Shown: piece after piece, positions 38,924 through 50,569 of the stretch
How the letters are laid out: the number at the start of each line of letters is the position of its first letter
Position numbering within the stretch: position 1 is the first letter of the stretch
From: Takakia lepidozioides
Lineage: Eukaryota; Plantae; Bryophyta
Direction of reading: 5' to 3'
Assembly (NCBI GenBank): GCA_030704615.1
Contig: CM060734.1
Coordinates: forward strand, 3,782,001-3,846,000
Length of the DNA: 64,000 nucleotides
Made by a program: the position numbers and the translations under genes
The notes under the pieces: model-generated
Seen by the model: the letters and a program-made list of their open reading frames with translations, nothing else
The model's database searches: none
What the model was told of the DNA's origin: nothing

Positions 38924-40300
38924 GAGAGAAGACTCCGGCCGAAGCCGGCGTAACTAAGAGTCACTTCGTTTTGTGGCTACTGCCCCTTTTCAGGAGTTGG
39001 CCCTATGTGAAAAATCCGGTGTCCAGGGGACACCAAGTGACCGAGGGGGAGGCGATGGAATCCGTGGAGCTATGGGTACCCAATGGCGTCCTGGATACCT
39101 AGGGAGCAAGGGGAGGGTTGGATTCAAGCTGTCGTTTGTTGGTAAAGATGGCAGTGAGAGAGCGAAGCGCCATGAGGTGTATGGCTTTAAAGCATTTATG
39201 GATAGAAGTGATGGGGAGTTTAAGATTATTTTGTAGTGCAGAGATGTTGGCATTATGGATGCCCCCTCTGGTGCTGGCAGTGATGGCAGTAAGTGGGCCT
39301 ATGGCCCACCCCCTCCTGCGGCTCCTGCGGAGAGCAAAGATGAGTGGTGCATATTTCTGGCATTTCTCGAAGATAGAGGAGCTAGGGAATCGGTCGTGGC
39401 AGTATGTAAATTCTATGAAATGTATGGTAAGGGCTGGGGATGGGTCAGTGGGTGGAGAAGCATTTATGGGAAGTCCCTAGACTAGCAGGATGTCTGGGCA
39501 GGGTCTGGCAGGGCCTGTGCAAGATGCGAGGGGTCGGCATACACAAAGAAGTAGTCATGTAAGTACCGTATGATTAGGACTTCTGCCTTGGTAGGTGCCA
39601 ACGTTGATGAGTGAAAACCATCTAGTTTCATTACGGTGTAATATGAGTTTATGGATATGCCAAACTGCATGATTATGCCTAGCAATACGAAGTCTGTGGA
39701 TGACGAGGTGGGGACATTCGCTAAGAAGATGTGGCCAGGTATCGCGAATCGCATGTATGTGGGAATAGAGTGGGCAGTGCGGAGATGAGTATATGGTTGG
39801 CCAAAATGTATGTTTACGTTGGTGGCCCATGTACTCAGCGTATCTGAATTTGAATATTTGTCGTTGGGCATTAGATGCGGCTTGATCAGTGTGCCAGAAG
39901 TGGTTTGACAATTTATGGTGGAGTACTGTTGTCGCGGCCCTTTGCCTTGAGGGCGGGGGGCCGAGACACAAGAGGGCCTGCCCCCGTGGTGGGGGCAGTA
40001 GCAGCAAATAGGAAAGGGGGCTGAAGCACCTTGAGTGCCTTCGGCACTCAAGGAGGTGGAGGCGCTCACTAGGTGGAGCCCCGCAAACTGGATGGCGGTG
40101 GTGGGGGCTCCACGAGGGGTGGTGGTAGCGTAGGGAGTCGTACTAGGGGTGGCATAGGACTCACCATGAGGCTGAGGCCTTGTGGTGGGAGTCGTGGGGA
40201 GTCTTGGGACTCACCTCGGTCCATTGGGGCCGTAGTGGGTGGGCCAAGACTCACCACGACTCACCACTGGGACGATCGAGGGTCTAAGTGGTGGTGCACC
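38924..40300 (-). mobile_element. 3' part of a LINE with a restriction-like endonuclease (RLE), Dualen/RandI-like
   Basis: CPLY...DTWPHLLSEC (CCHC-like), RIARHNHAV, PDILLV, IEFTYCHD and KCQKY form the RHN-PD-E-K RLE signature. Structured 3' UTR ending in a TC-rich tail near 38924. Confidence 0.75.
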
Positions 40301-40319
40301 AGATTTGGACTGGGCTACT

Positions 40320-43030
40320 TGTGGAACCCCCGCGGACACTTACAAAAGTATATATAAGGAGTAGTAACCCCGAGAACGGTGCAAGCCCGTTGGTGACCAA
40401 AAACTAGTGAGTAAGCGTGCGAGCTGGAAAGCGACCAAGGTGTGGGGAGTTGTTCCGAATTGCCATCTATCAAAGGGAATTTCCACTGAGCCCCATAAGT
40501 AGAGGGTCGAGTGGGAGTGTGAGGGGGACCGTTATGCCCCGGTGAGGAGCCGAAGCTCCAAGTTGGCCCGACGGCCAGTTTGGGAGTTAGGCGCGCGCAT
40601 CAAAGCAAGTAACTATGACTTGACGGGGAGCTTACCGAAGTGAGATGCGCGAAACTTGGTATCAGAGCTTAGAGTTCAGTACGTGATCGTCCTTGAGATC
40701 GGCCTCACCATAGGGTCGGGCAAGACAAAGCGAAAGTGGAACGGCCCGAAAAATGATGATCCTGGTGAGCCCGGTAGGGGTGACGTGTCCCCGAAGCAGC
40801 AAATGGAAGAGGCGATTTATGCTTCTGAAAACGAGGCCGCTCAAGAACGGGAGGAATTTGGGGAGTCGGAGCCCGAGGACTTCCCAGAGGCTCCGCCAGA
40901 CCAACAGATGTCTCCCGTGCCAGCAGCCTTTTGGGAAGGGTTGTTGGCGCAGTTTGGCGGGACATTGAAAGACGTGATGAGGGCGGCTGATGCCACTTCC
41001 ACTAAGGCGAAGTTTAAGGTGAAGCCTAAGGAACCCGACACCCTCGAGGGTGTCCGAAATCGGAAGGCACTCAACACCTGGCTCTTGGAGCTGGAGCAGT
41101 ACTTCCGGGCGGCCAAGTTGAGTGACGAAGATCGGGTGGAAGTGGCTCCCACTATTTGAGGGGCTATGCTCAACAATGGTGGCAGAAGCGCCTTCATGAC
41201 CAAAAGCCAAACCTAGAAACCTTGAGCTGGAGTGGGTTCAAGGAACTTATGAAAAGACAGTTTGTGCCTCTCAACACGTCCTGGGCTCGCCCGGGACAAG
41301 ATGAGGAACTTGAAGCAAACGGATGACATTCAGGGATATATTCAGGCTTTCAATGTGTTGTTGCTCGAAGTCGCGGATATGGCGGAACCAGAAATGGTCT
41401 TCAACTTTGTGGCGGGACTGGCCCCATGGGCCATGCGGAAGTTGGAGGAGAGGCCACCAAAGACTTTGAACGAGGCAATTGAAAGGGCTGAATGTTTCTC
41501 GGATGTCCCTAGGGGCGAAAGACAGGGCCGTACGGAGCTGAACCATAAAAAGGTCCGGCGAGAGGGTGACTCCTTCCGACCGGAAAAGAAGTGGGATAGG
41601 CCACGCGGCGACAATAGCACATGGAAATCGAAGGGAAGGTCTTCACACGTCAAGGCGACGCCCGGTGCTCTGAAAGGCAAATCAGGTGCAGCGGCTTATG
41701 GCGGATAGATGGCGACCTTTGATAAGGTGTGCTTTAATTGCGGGGAGCCCGGGCACATTGCTAAGAAGTGCGCCAAACCCGACAATTGAACATGACTCGA
41801 GCGACAACGGAGTTGTCCGAATACTCCGTCAGCCGCTTGGTGGAGGCGGTGGTCGCCAAGACTGACAAGGTAGGCAACTACTCTTGTGAGTTGTATCAAG
41901 AGACGGGAGCCTTGTGTAAAGGGAGTCAGTTAATGTTCGTGAGCGGGATAATTTCCGGAACTAACGTGTCGTTGTTGGTAGACATAGGAGCGTCGCACTC
42001 CTTCATGACACCGGCAAAGGCAGGGAAGCTGGGACTCCCGACAAATGAAGTGGGGGGGGGGCTCCGTAAGGTGACTTACTTGGCCGGATGTACCCCTTTG
42101 CCATTAGATCCTTGAGCTGGGCCTTACTATTCGCAGATAAGAAGGATGGACGCTGCGGATGTGTGTCGATTACATGGCTCTGAATAATATGACTATAAAA
42201 AACCGGTACCTTTTGCCAAGGATCGACGACCTTTTCGATCGGTTGGCAGGAGCAAAGTATTTCAGCCGGATCGATTTACGCTCGGGTTACCACCAGATCC
42301 GGATAGCAGAAGGAGATTCGGGATCACAAAAGTGGAGTTCCTAGGGCATGTGATTACACAGGATGGAATCAAAATGGATGGCAGAAAGGTGAAGGCAATC
42401 TTGGACTGGGAATCTCCGACTTCGGTCCCGGGAGTGCGATCCTTTCTAGGACTCGCCTCCTACTACCAAAAGTATGTGAGAAATTTCGCCAAGATCGCGG
42501 GGCCGCTGTCAGACCTTCTGTGTAAGTCCAAGGTATAATAGGGTCCACCCCCGGAAGGGGGCAGTAGCCGAAAGGTGAAGTGACTCTTAGTTACGCCGGC
42601 TTCGACCGGAGTCTTCTCTCTCTCTCTCTCTCAGTCCAAGGTATGGGTATGGAACATTTTTTGTGGCCAAGCTTTTGCCGAGTTGAAGCAGCAGATGGCG
42701 GAAGCTCCGGTCTTGAAAATCACGGAGTTCGATCGTCCATTTGATATTCATACAGATGCATCGGACTTCGCAATCGGGGGTGTGCTCATGCAAGATGGAC
42801 GTCCAGTGGCTTACGAAAATAAGAAACTGAATGAAGTGGAGCGACGGAGGCCTACGCATGAGAAAGAAATTAAGACGGTGGTGCATTGCCTTGAGCTTTG
42901 GCGCCACTATGTTGGTTCCAACCTGGTGATGGTGTTCACAGACAATGTCGCAGTGAAGTACTTACCACACAGCCTAAGTTGTCCCACAAAACAACTTAGG
43001 TGGCAAGATACTTTGACCGTGTTCGACCGC
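40320..43030 (+). mobile_element. Degenerate Ty3/gypsy (chromovirus-type) retrotransposon: LTR, PBS, gag, PR, partial RT, RNase H
   Basis: PBS TGGTATCAGAGC at 40657; knuckle CFNCGEPGHIAKKC; protease LVDIGASHSF; [36 protein letters not shown]; RNase H TDASDFAIGGVL. Internal deletions, no integrase or 3' LTR; LTR start approximate. Confidence 0.88.
42537..42632 (+). mobile_element. 96-bp retroposed 3' tail of the RLE LINE family with a (TC)n tail
   Basis: Flanked by a 12-bp TSD AGTCCAAGGTAT (42525-42536 and 42633-42644); matches the reverse complement of 38926-38988. Confidence 0.88.
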
Positions 43031-43346
43031 TAGCCTTAGGTACATCCCCTAACCATGACTAATTTTTAGGGTTCTGCCAACTTTATGATACTCTCTTATT
43101 TCCCTCGTTCTTTAGTGAAGCCGCTAGTTTACCCCCCTCCTCCAGTTCTCGCTAGGCCTTCATCGCCGCCATGGCCATGGCTCCTGCTTACAACGCTGCT
43201 GTGCAGCGGCCCTGTCTCGTTGCTCATAGACACTTCTACCCCCTTTACCGCCTCTCTCTAGCGCTTCTTCTCAGCTTTATTTTGATTGATTCAACAAAGT
43301 TTTGTACTTTTAAGATCAAAAGTAGCGCTCTAGTTCTACACACTGT

Positions 43347-45026
43347 TTGCTGCCTATCGGGATCTCCATCCGCTCAAATGGTCGAACCAGCAGCTCGATA
43401 CCATGGTTGTCCATCAGCGCGCGCCCCAAGCATTCCTGCGCCTGCACAGGGCTACTCTCCTCATTGGCCCCGAAGGCTCTGCTTGATCTCCACCACCGAA
43501 GCGACCTCTCTAAGAAGCATGTTACTAAGCTCGACAAGCTGCTGCCTAACCACTATGCGAAGGCTTCTACCCGGCTGGCTTCGCCCTGGCATCCCACTGT
43601 TACACACTCAAGCGACAGTTCACCCCGTATCTTCTGTTGTTTCCCTCCCCGGAATGTCTACGAGACCGAATACCCCCAGTTTCGTCGACCACATTGGGCC
43701 CAGGAGACCATGCTTGAGCTTCTACATGGACATACCATTTTTGTTATGGCGGACACTGTTGTCGTTCAGCTTATGCGCTACTGCCACACCGAGTCGTCCA
43801 GAGACGGTCTGTATGATACTGGAGCTCTTCTTAAAGGTTGGAAAGTGCTACCGCTGCTGCGGGTTTGTTACCGTGCTGGGAGGGATATGTCCCAACGTTT
43901 GTACCTCAAGCCGATTCCCCGGCTATCCTCAGATTTGTACCTCTCATACTCTCAAGCTAGGCGTCCGAGCAATACTGCTGCGGCCTGCCGACCGCACCCA
44001 CCAGCACTTCGGCAGCCAGTCGGCCCTCTAAGAGACAGGGGGTTCCGGAACTACGGAGGGTTGCGGCTAGCTGCTAAGTACTGCCATCACTGGGGCCCCA
44101 AAACTGCTCTGCTACAGTGCACCGTCTCTCCCACAGCAACCATCCACTGGTGCAGTCACCCCCCTCACCTCTGCATCGTGCTCTCGTACCATCGTGATAC
44201 TCTTGGTAAGCCCCCTCTTACCCCAAGCCTGTGGAATTACACACATGCTCTACTTGTTCAAGTTTCCAGGGCCCGAGGAGGCTCGCAGGACAATTTTAAT
44301 GCCCCAGATGTACTTCCGCTGGCTCTCACACCACAGAGAAACTTCTTCTATGGAGGGAGCATTCACCACCGCGCTGCGATGATCCAGGGTCTCTCACGAA
44401 TGTGCTTTGAACTAAAGGGCGTCATTACTGGAACTGTGAAGGACCTCACATTCGGTGTGCCTGGCTGGACCCTGTTAGTAACCCCAAAAACATACATCAG
44501 GGAAGCAGGTGTAGTGATGGGAAAGTATGTAGCTAACCTGGCTGATCGACTGAGTCTCTGCTACTGCGATCTAAAAGGCAACCACACTGCAAACCCTAGT
44601 TCTACTACTAAGATGTCCAAGCAAGCATTTGGTTATAGCTTGGAAGACCAGGCACCACCTGCAAGCCCCGCATCAGGCAATGGAGTAGTCGCATCTCTGC
44701 TCGTGGACCCTGAAGCATCCGTGGATACTGAACCAGATGGGCCAAAATGCGAGACTCAACAGTTAATCTACCTCTCAGGTTATCACATCTACTTGACTGG
44801 CTTTGAGGCTGCTGTAAAGAGGAACCCTGTAAATACCGTCCGAGATGGAGGAAGAACACGACACATGGAGTTGAATGCAATAGTCACCCATGTCATTCTT
44901 GGACAGGCCCTGATTCACATGACTTCAGACGACTGGTGGAAGGCAGGGCCCCTCGCCATGGGCCAGGTTAATTGTCTACTGCAGCCTCTCTCTAAATCAG
45001 GTGCCCCTCCCACTTACGTGCTATAG
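43347..45026 (+). CDS. Uncharacterised 559-aa ORF (true start possibly ATG 43171 via a frameshift)
   Basis: Long open frame with no recognisable domain; continues after stops into repeated peptide modules at 45090-45550. Confidence 0.4.
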   Translation: MLPIGISIRSNGRTSSSIPWLSISARPKHSCACTGLLSSLAPKALLDLHHRSDLSKKHVTKLDKLLPNHYAKASTRLASPWHPTVTHSSDSSPRIFCCFPPRNVYETEYPQFRRPHWAQETMLELLHGHTIFVMADTVVVQLMRYCHTESSRDGLYDTGALLKGWKVLPLLRVCYRAGRDMSQRLYLKPIPRLSSDLYLSYSQARRPSNTAAACRPHPPALRQPVGPLRDRGFRNYGGLRLAAKYCHHWGPKTALLQCTVSPTATIHWCSHPPHLCIVLSYHRDTLGKPPLTPSLWNYTHALLVQVSRARGGSQDNFNAPDVLPLALTPQRNFFYGGSIHHRAAMIQGLSRMCFELKGVITGTVKDLTFGVPGWTLLVTPKTYIREAGVVMGKYVANLADRLSLCYCDLKGNHTANPSSTTKMSKQAFGYSLEDQAPPASPASGNGVVASLLVDPEASVDTEPDGPKCETQQLIYLSGYHIYLTGFEAAVKRNPVNTVRDGGRTRHMELNAIVTHVILGQALIHMTSDDWWKAGPLAMGQVNCLLQPLSKSGAPPTYVL

Positions 45027-45664
45027 GTGCTTACAGTTCCATGACCACATCTTCAAAAGTGGATTTGAGCTAAACATCTTCCTGGCAAACAGCCTGGAAA
45101 CATGTACATGACGGGCTGCCAGCCAGCTGATGCCAATCGAGATCGGCTGCTGCCCCAAGACCATGCAGACTCCTCATATGTTGGGCATGATTGTCCCCTT
45201 GAAATTGCTCTGGATTCCCCCTCAATAGATGATCATGTGGTGCTCACAGAGAAGGCGAAAGCCAAATTTCTGCAGTGGGTCGGCCATGTATTCTGGTCAT
45301 TACGGCATTCTCAACGCCGCACACGCATGCAACCAGCTCCTCTCAAAGTGGGAGCTCACTTGAAGACTGCACCAGCTAGGGTTTATGTCGAAAATATGCT
45401 CGTGTACCTTGCTACAGGTCTGTATAATCCCAAGGATTGGAAAATGTACATGGAGGATTGTCAACCAGTAGAGGCCAATTGGACGCTGCTCCACAACAAC
45501 GCAGATTCCTTCGTGATTGTTCCCTTGATATTGCTCCAGACTACCCCTTAATTGCTAGGTGGCTGACAAGACCAGCTGTGAAGATAGACAGTACCAGCCG
45601 ATGGAATGTGGATAAACCTTTCTACTTCAGCATGGAGACAAGCCATTTTGGTGAAAACCCCCAA

Positions 45665-46278
45665 GGATATTCTAAACGTGGGCAGGCTGAGGAGGCTTTT
45701 AAAATCTATAAGCAAATGCAAGGCAAAGGGCTATTGCCCGATCACAAGACTATGCTCACTTGCACCCTCAATGTGGGTGGTAGCCTAGGAACCCTGGAAA
45801 AGGGCAAAGAGATCCATGCCAACGTCCTGTATGCTGGAATTGCACGAGGGGTCATTCTGGAGATCGCCCTCGCTGACTTGTATGTAAAGTGTGGAAGCAG
45901 GAAGGATGCGCATCAAGTGTTTGCTAATATGGCGCACAGAAATGTGATATCATGGAGCGCTATGATTACCAGACATGCTCAGCAAGGGTGTGGCAGAGAT
46001 GCTTTGATTAAAGATGAGCAAATGCTTCAGGAAGGGGTAGCACCCAACGGAGTTACATTCTTTGGCCTTCTAAATGCTGGTGCCAGTATTGGACTCTTGG
46101 AAAAGGGCAAACAGGTCCATGCTAACACCCTGAAATCTGGTACTCAACCTGATATCATTATGGAGAATACCCGTGTTGACATGTACGCCAAATGTGGGAG
46201 TGTAGAGGTTGCACGCCAAATGTTCAATAATATTGCTCGACGGGATCTGGTCTCTTGGAACTCTAGGATCGCTGGATA
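45665..46278 (+). pseudogene. PLS-class pentatricopeptide repeat fragment
   Basis: LEKGKEIHA...LYVKCGS.KDAHQVFANM..RNVISWSAMI and VDMYAKCGSVEVARQMFNNI..RDLVSWNS.IAGY: about two P-L-S triplets. Confidence 0.85.
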
Positions 46279-48037
46279 CTGCCCCAGTAAGCCACCAGAA
46301 TACTTCAAAGTGGGACGTCATTGGCAGATTACACCAGCTGATTTCTCTGTTGGGAATTTGCCCGTGTATCTTGCAGAAGGGCCAAAGACGTCCTCAAATA
46401 CCAGACCAAGTGCATGTTGCTGCGAAAGATTTCACTCAGAGATACCCTCAGAGTGACGTGGCTGATGTAGTGGACCCTATTGGAGAATTCAGTTCCAAAT
46501 GCACTGTTTCAACAGGGCTCTTTCTTCCCCCGGGCTCTTCTTTCAAGTTGGCACTTACAATCACTACCACCTACTGCGGCTCCACTACCTGGATGGTGAT
46601 CTATAAGTCCACATTGGCAACATCAGGGCTCCCCCACGCACTAAGGATTCAGCTGATTACCATCTATGGCAGCTCCACTACCTGGACAGTCCTATATACA
46701 TATACACCAACGACATTAAGGCCTCCCGGAACCCAACACTCACAACAGCCGCTGCTTGGAGCTCTACCTACCCTGAAGCACTTGTTGAGATCTGCCACAA
46801 TGCTACCTGCTCCTTGGTCTGTACACAAAGCAGAGTGGACAGCACCCACTACTACCGGCCAACTCCCACAGCCCGTCGTGCAGGACAGATCTGGCTTAGT
46901 TCGCATGCCATCCGTAACTCTAGCAAGCTCATTCTCTCAACAACCCAGGCACATCACTCTGAGTTCTTACAGAGCTGGCGACAAGGGGCTACAACCCCCC
47001 ACACTCCCCCAACGATTCACCCCCTCTACTTGGAGTGCTCAGATTACCCCACCTCCACGCTTAAGTCTGCTATCCAGAGAAGGATGGAGAGCTATCCCAT
47101 CAAGCCCAGGCGTAATGCTGACACAACTGGCGAACACATACTCTGCTGCAGCCCACTCCTATGCCTGCCAGGAACACAACGTTGCACCAATGTGCGCCCC
47201 ACCATTCGAGCTTTTGGACCCCCCCAGGCCATCGTGTGGCTACTCTTTGGCATCAATCGCTCACCTCTGTGGGGTCTCTTCCTTTTGTGCTTCATATCAA
47301 CTGCTTGCTTCTTACATTACATATCAATAGCGTTACACCAATGATCTTACAGCTCATTTGCTTATTAAATGTGATGCTCCTAGATTGTGGTACTCAATTC
47401 ACATTATTTGATTATGCCCGCCTGGGTTATATCAAAGTCTGGCTCAAACCCAGCACACTACCCTCACATCACTCCCTCACACCGCTTACCCACACTACTT
47501 CCCACACTACTTCCCCCACACCTTCTCACAATGTTTTATGAAACTCTCTCATGCTATTATTACCCAAACACATCCTCTCACTCATAACCGACACCTCATC
47601 CAATTACAGGTCCCTTCATCCGTGCCTCTGGCCGAACTCATTCATCCGAGTATGTCGCCCATTTATCCTATTTCCCCCACTCTAATTAAAGCTATATTTC
47701 CCACCCACCATACACTCATATTAAGTTTTTACCAACCCCACCATATGAGCTCTCGCACAACAAACCCCTTCCATGGCCACCGGACGAATCCACACACTTA
47801 TCTAAACACAATAAAATCCCCCCCACACACACAAGCAACCAGCTCCACTCATACCCACTACGCTACCACCAAATCCATCCCCCTCATACACCTTTTTAAC
47901 AGCTACCCCCCCTTTCCCTCAAAATCCAACTTATAACCCACTCCCCACATGGGAGATATCACTAGAAACCTCTCGCATGTAAACATTCTTCTCACCATCC
48001 ACCATCCCACTTTAAGTCCTATAAACTTACCTGTGAA

Positions 48038-49144
48038 ATGCTTATACTACTACGTTGCGGCGACATCCACCCAAACCCAGGCCCCTCTACCATCATTAGC
48101 ATCATCAACAAGCTTTCAAAGGACCATAAAGACAGATATGCACTATATTTCCAAATAGACATTGTCTCACTCGTACCTGCATATCAACACCTTAGTGGCC
48201 ACTTCTCTCCCTTTCTCCCAAACCCTTCCACCAATAACCGCAAACCCACACACCCAATTGCCGCCTTTGGGCTCCATGCCTGCCAACACCCATTTCTAGT
48301 CAATGCCACCCATAAACTTAGCACATACCCCATACAACACCTCCTATTCTCACTAATCATCAACATCTCCCCAATACCCTCAATATGCAACGACTACTTT
48401 CGAACCCAACCAGACACACACATTTGTTCACTACTACAACAACTGCATGATTTACCCACACTACCTCATAGATATCTAGCACCCCCACACTACCTACACA
48501 ACCTCCACGAATCTCTCGGCCTACTACAAGCCAAACCCGGAGAAGTCCATAGGATTCTCGGCGAACACCTGACACACCCAACTGCAACGATACACTAGCT
48601 AGATACTATCGCCAACAAATTCCCATTCCTCTCCAAAAAAATTCTCACTGCAACCCTTCAAGCCAAGACAGGCATCCCTGGATATCAACCCCAGTCCATG
48701 ACACCGCCATCCACCACCCTATCCTGCATGCCCAGCTCCACCAGTGACCCACCTCCAACACCCCCTAGATCCCACAGTCCCCCACACACCTCCTCCTCCC
48801 AGCAAGCACACGCACTCAACATACTTACTTGGAATGTAGGATCACTTGCCACCAACATTCAAAGCCTTATCCATCTCACGGATTCTACACCCCCGCATAT
48901 CATCCTATTACAAGAAACTAGACTCAACACATACAACCCCAATAGTTTCTATATCAACAAACTACTTCCAGCCTACTATATGTTGTATGATAACTCATTC
49001 ACAGCCGTACAGTGCCTAACTAGACGCTCCGCGCCATACCATCCTACCCAGGGCGGGGTGGCTTTTGGTATCCTCCGCACACATCACTCCCCTAGGACCA
49101 CGGTCAAAATACCTGTCGCTCTCCCCCTCCGATCACACCTTTAA
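48038..49144 (+). mobile_element. LINE ORF N-terminal fragment: 2A-like peptide plus AP endonuclease start
   Basis: LLRCGDIHPNPGP (~48047-48085), then LNILTWNVGSL, PHIILLQETRL and GGVAF. C/A-rich coding strand like the RLE fragment; truncated by the MULE remnant. Confidence 0.75.
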
Positions 49145-50330
49145 ATCCTTGGCTGGACCCCCTGTGTGCTCGGGCAATTGCACGTTGGAATCTGGAATCT
49201 GCCTAGCCATCCACACCGCATTTTGCACGAAATGCTCCATCCTAGAGTTGTGAATGAAACCTTCAGCTTTCAAGGTTGAAATATACCAGTTTTGTGTGAG
49301 GAGGCTACCTGTTAGGATATAGACCAACCAATCCAGTTGGCGCCCGTCCATCTTCTGTCTCGTTTGGACAAGTGTCTCTTCAGGTTGGCATGGTACGCTT
49401 CAATTCCAGCATTCGTATCTTGTCCGGCATGTGGGATGTTCCTCGCTCCAACAACCCACATGTCCACTTTTGGGATCCACCATTTGTGGATATACAAGAA
49501 GAACAGTTCAGCTGCAGGATACTTTGTTTGTAAGTCATACACTTGAAACACAGCCCAGGCCTGGGAAGTGTCACCAAGGGGCCACCTTTATTGTACATGA
49601 TGTCCCCCATACCTTACAAGGCATCGGCCCTCAATTGGGCATCCTTGATCTTCTCAATGGCATTCCTCATTCAAGCCTTTCGAACATGCCAAAGGCATAG
49701 GAAAACCGGCACCCATGCGATCGTATGGTTGAGCCAGCCACAAAACCGCATCAGCAAGGCCACAACAAAAACAGTAGAAGACCACTACAATCTAATACAA
49801 GTCTGATTCTTTGATCCGCGTTCCCCTGCTCCTGATCCCGTGATTCCTGAGTCTCCTGGTCACCCGAACATTGATCCCCTTTGACTGAAACCCCTCATAC
49901 AGAACTAGATAAGGCTGCAATGAAACTGTATTGGCCACTACAAGAGTACTGCAAGACCAATACAAGACTGATTGAAGTCCGATGACATAGGGCCCACCCC
50001 TGAAAAGGGGCATGCGCACTACAAGGAATAGGTGCTTTTCGCACCCGACTCGCGGTTGCGATTCTTTCCGAAACGACTGCGCCTTGGACTCCAGGTTTTG
50101 AATGACGACTTGCCAGTCGTCATAGACAAATTGGGGCCACGGTGGCATGGCGGATGAGGATCAGAAGTCGCCGAAACCACTGCGGGTTTGGCGCTGATTT
50201 ATATGTCGATTTCCAAAAAATAGAAAACTGGATATTTTTAATATTATGATAAATTGGAGTTGTTTTAACGACTGCGGGTTGGACCCCCCAGGGACATATT
50301 TATTAATTGTAACCTATATGGCATTATTTC
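49145..50330 (-). mobile_element. Mutator-like (MULE) transposase fragment with SWIM remnant
   Basis: FLCLWHVRKA (~49672-49703), WWIPK...W...R...DTNAGIEAYHANLK (49312-49551) and CNCP (~49172-49183). Deleted and frameshifted; the terminal region ~50160-50330 is approximate. Confidence 0.75.
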
Positions 50331-50569
50331 TTAACTATAATGACATGCATCGATTTTCTATAGAGTAAATGAGACTCTCTCTGCTTCGTAAGTCGCGGTG
50401 AGGGGGCTGAGGACTTAGCGAGTTTTGCAAGTCAGATGCGACCTCCATCTCCATCGTCTTCCCTTCCCTCATCTACTCCGACGATTGCAGCCCCTCTTCT
50501 TTCATATTCCATTTTCTTTTTGTAAACATCCGCCCTCGCCGCCCCCTTTGTACATCGACACAGGAAGTA

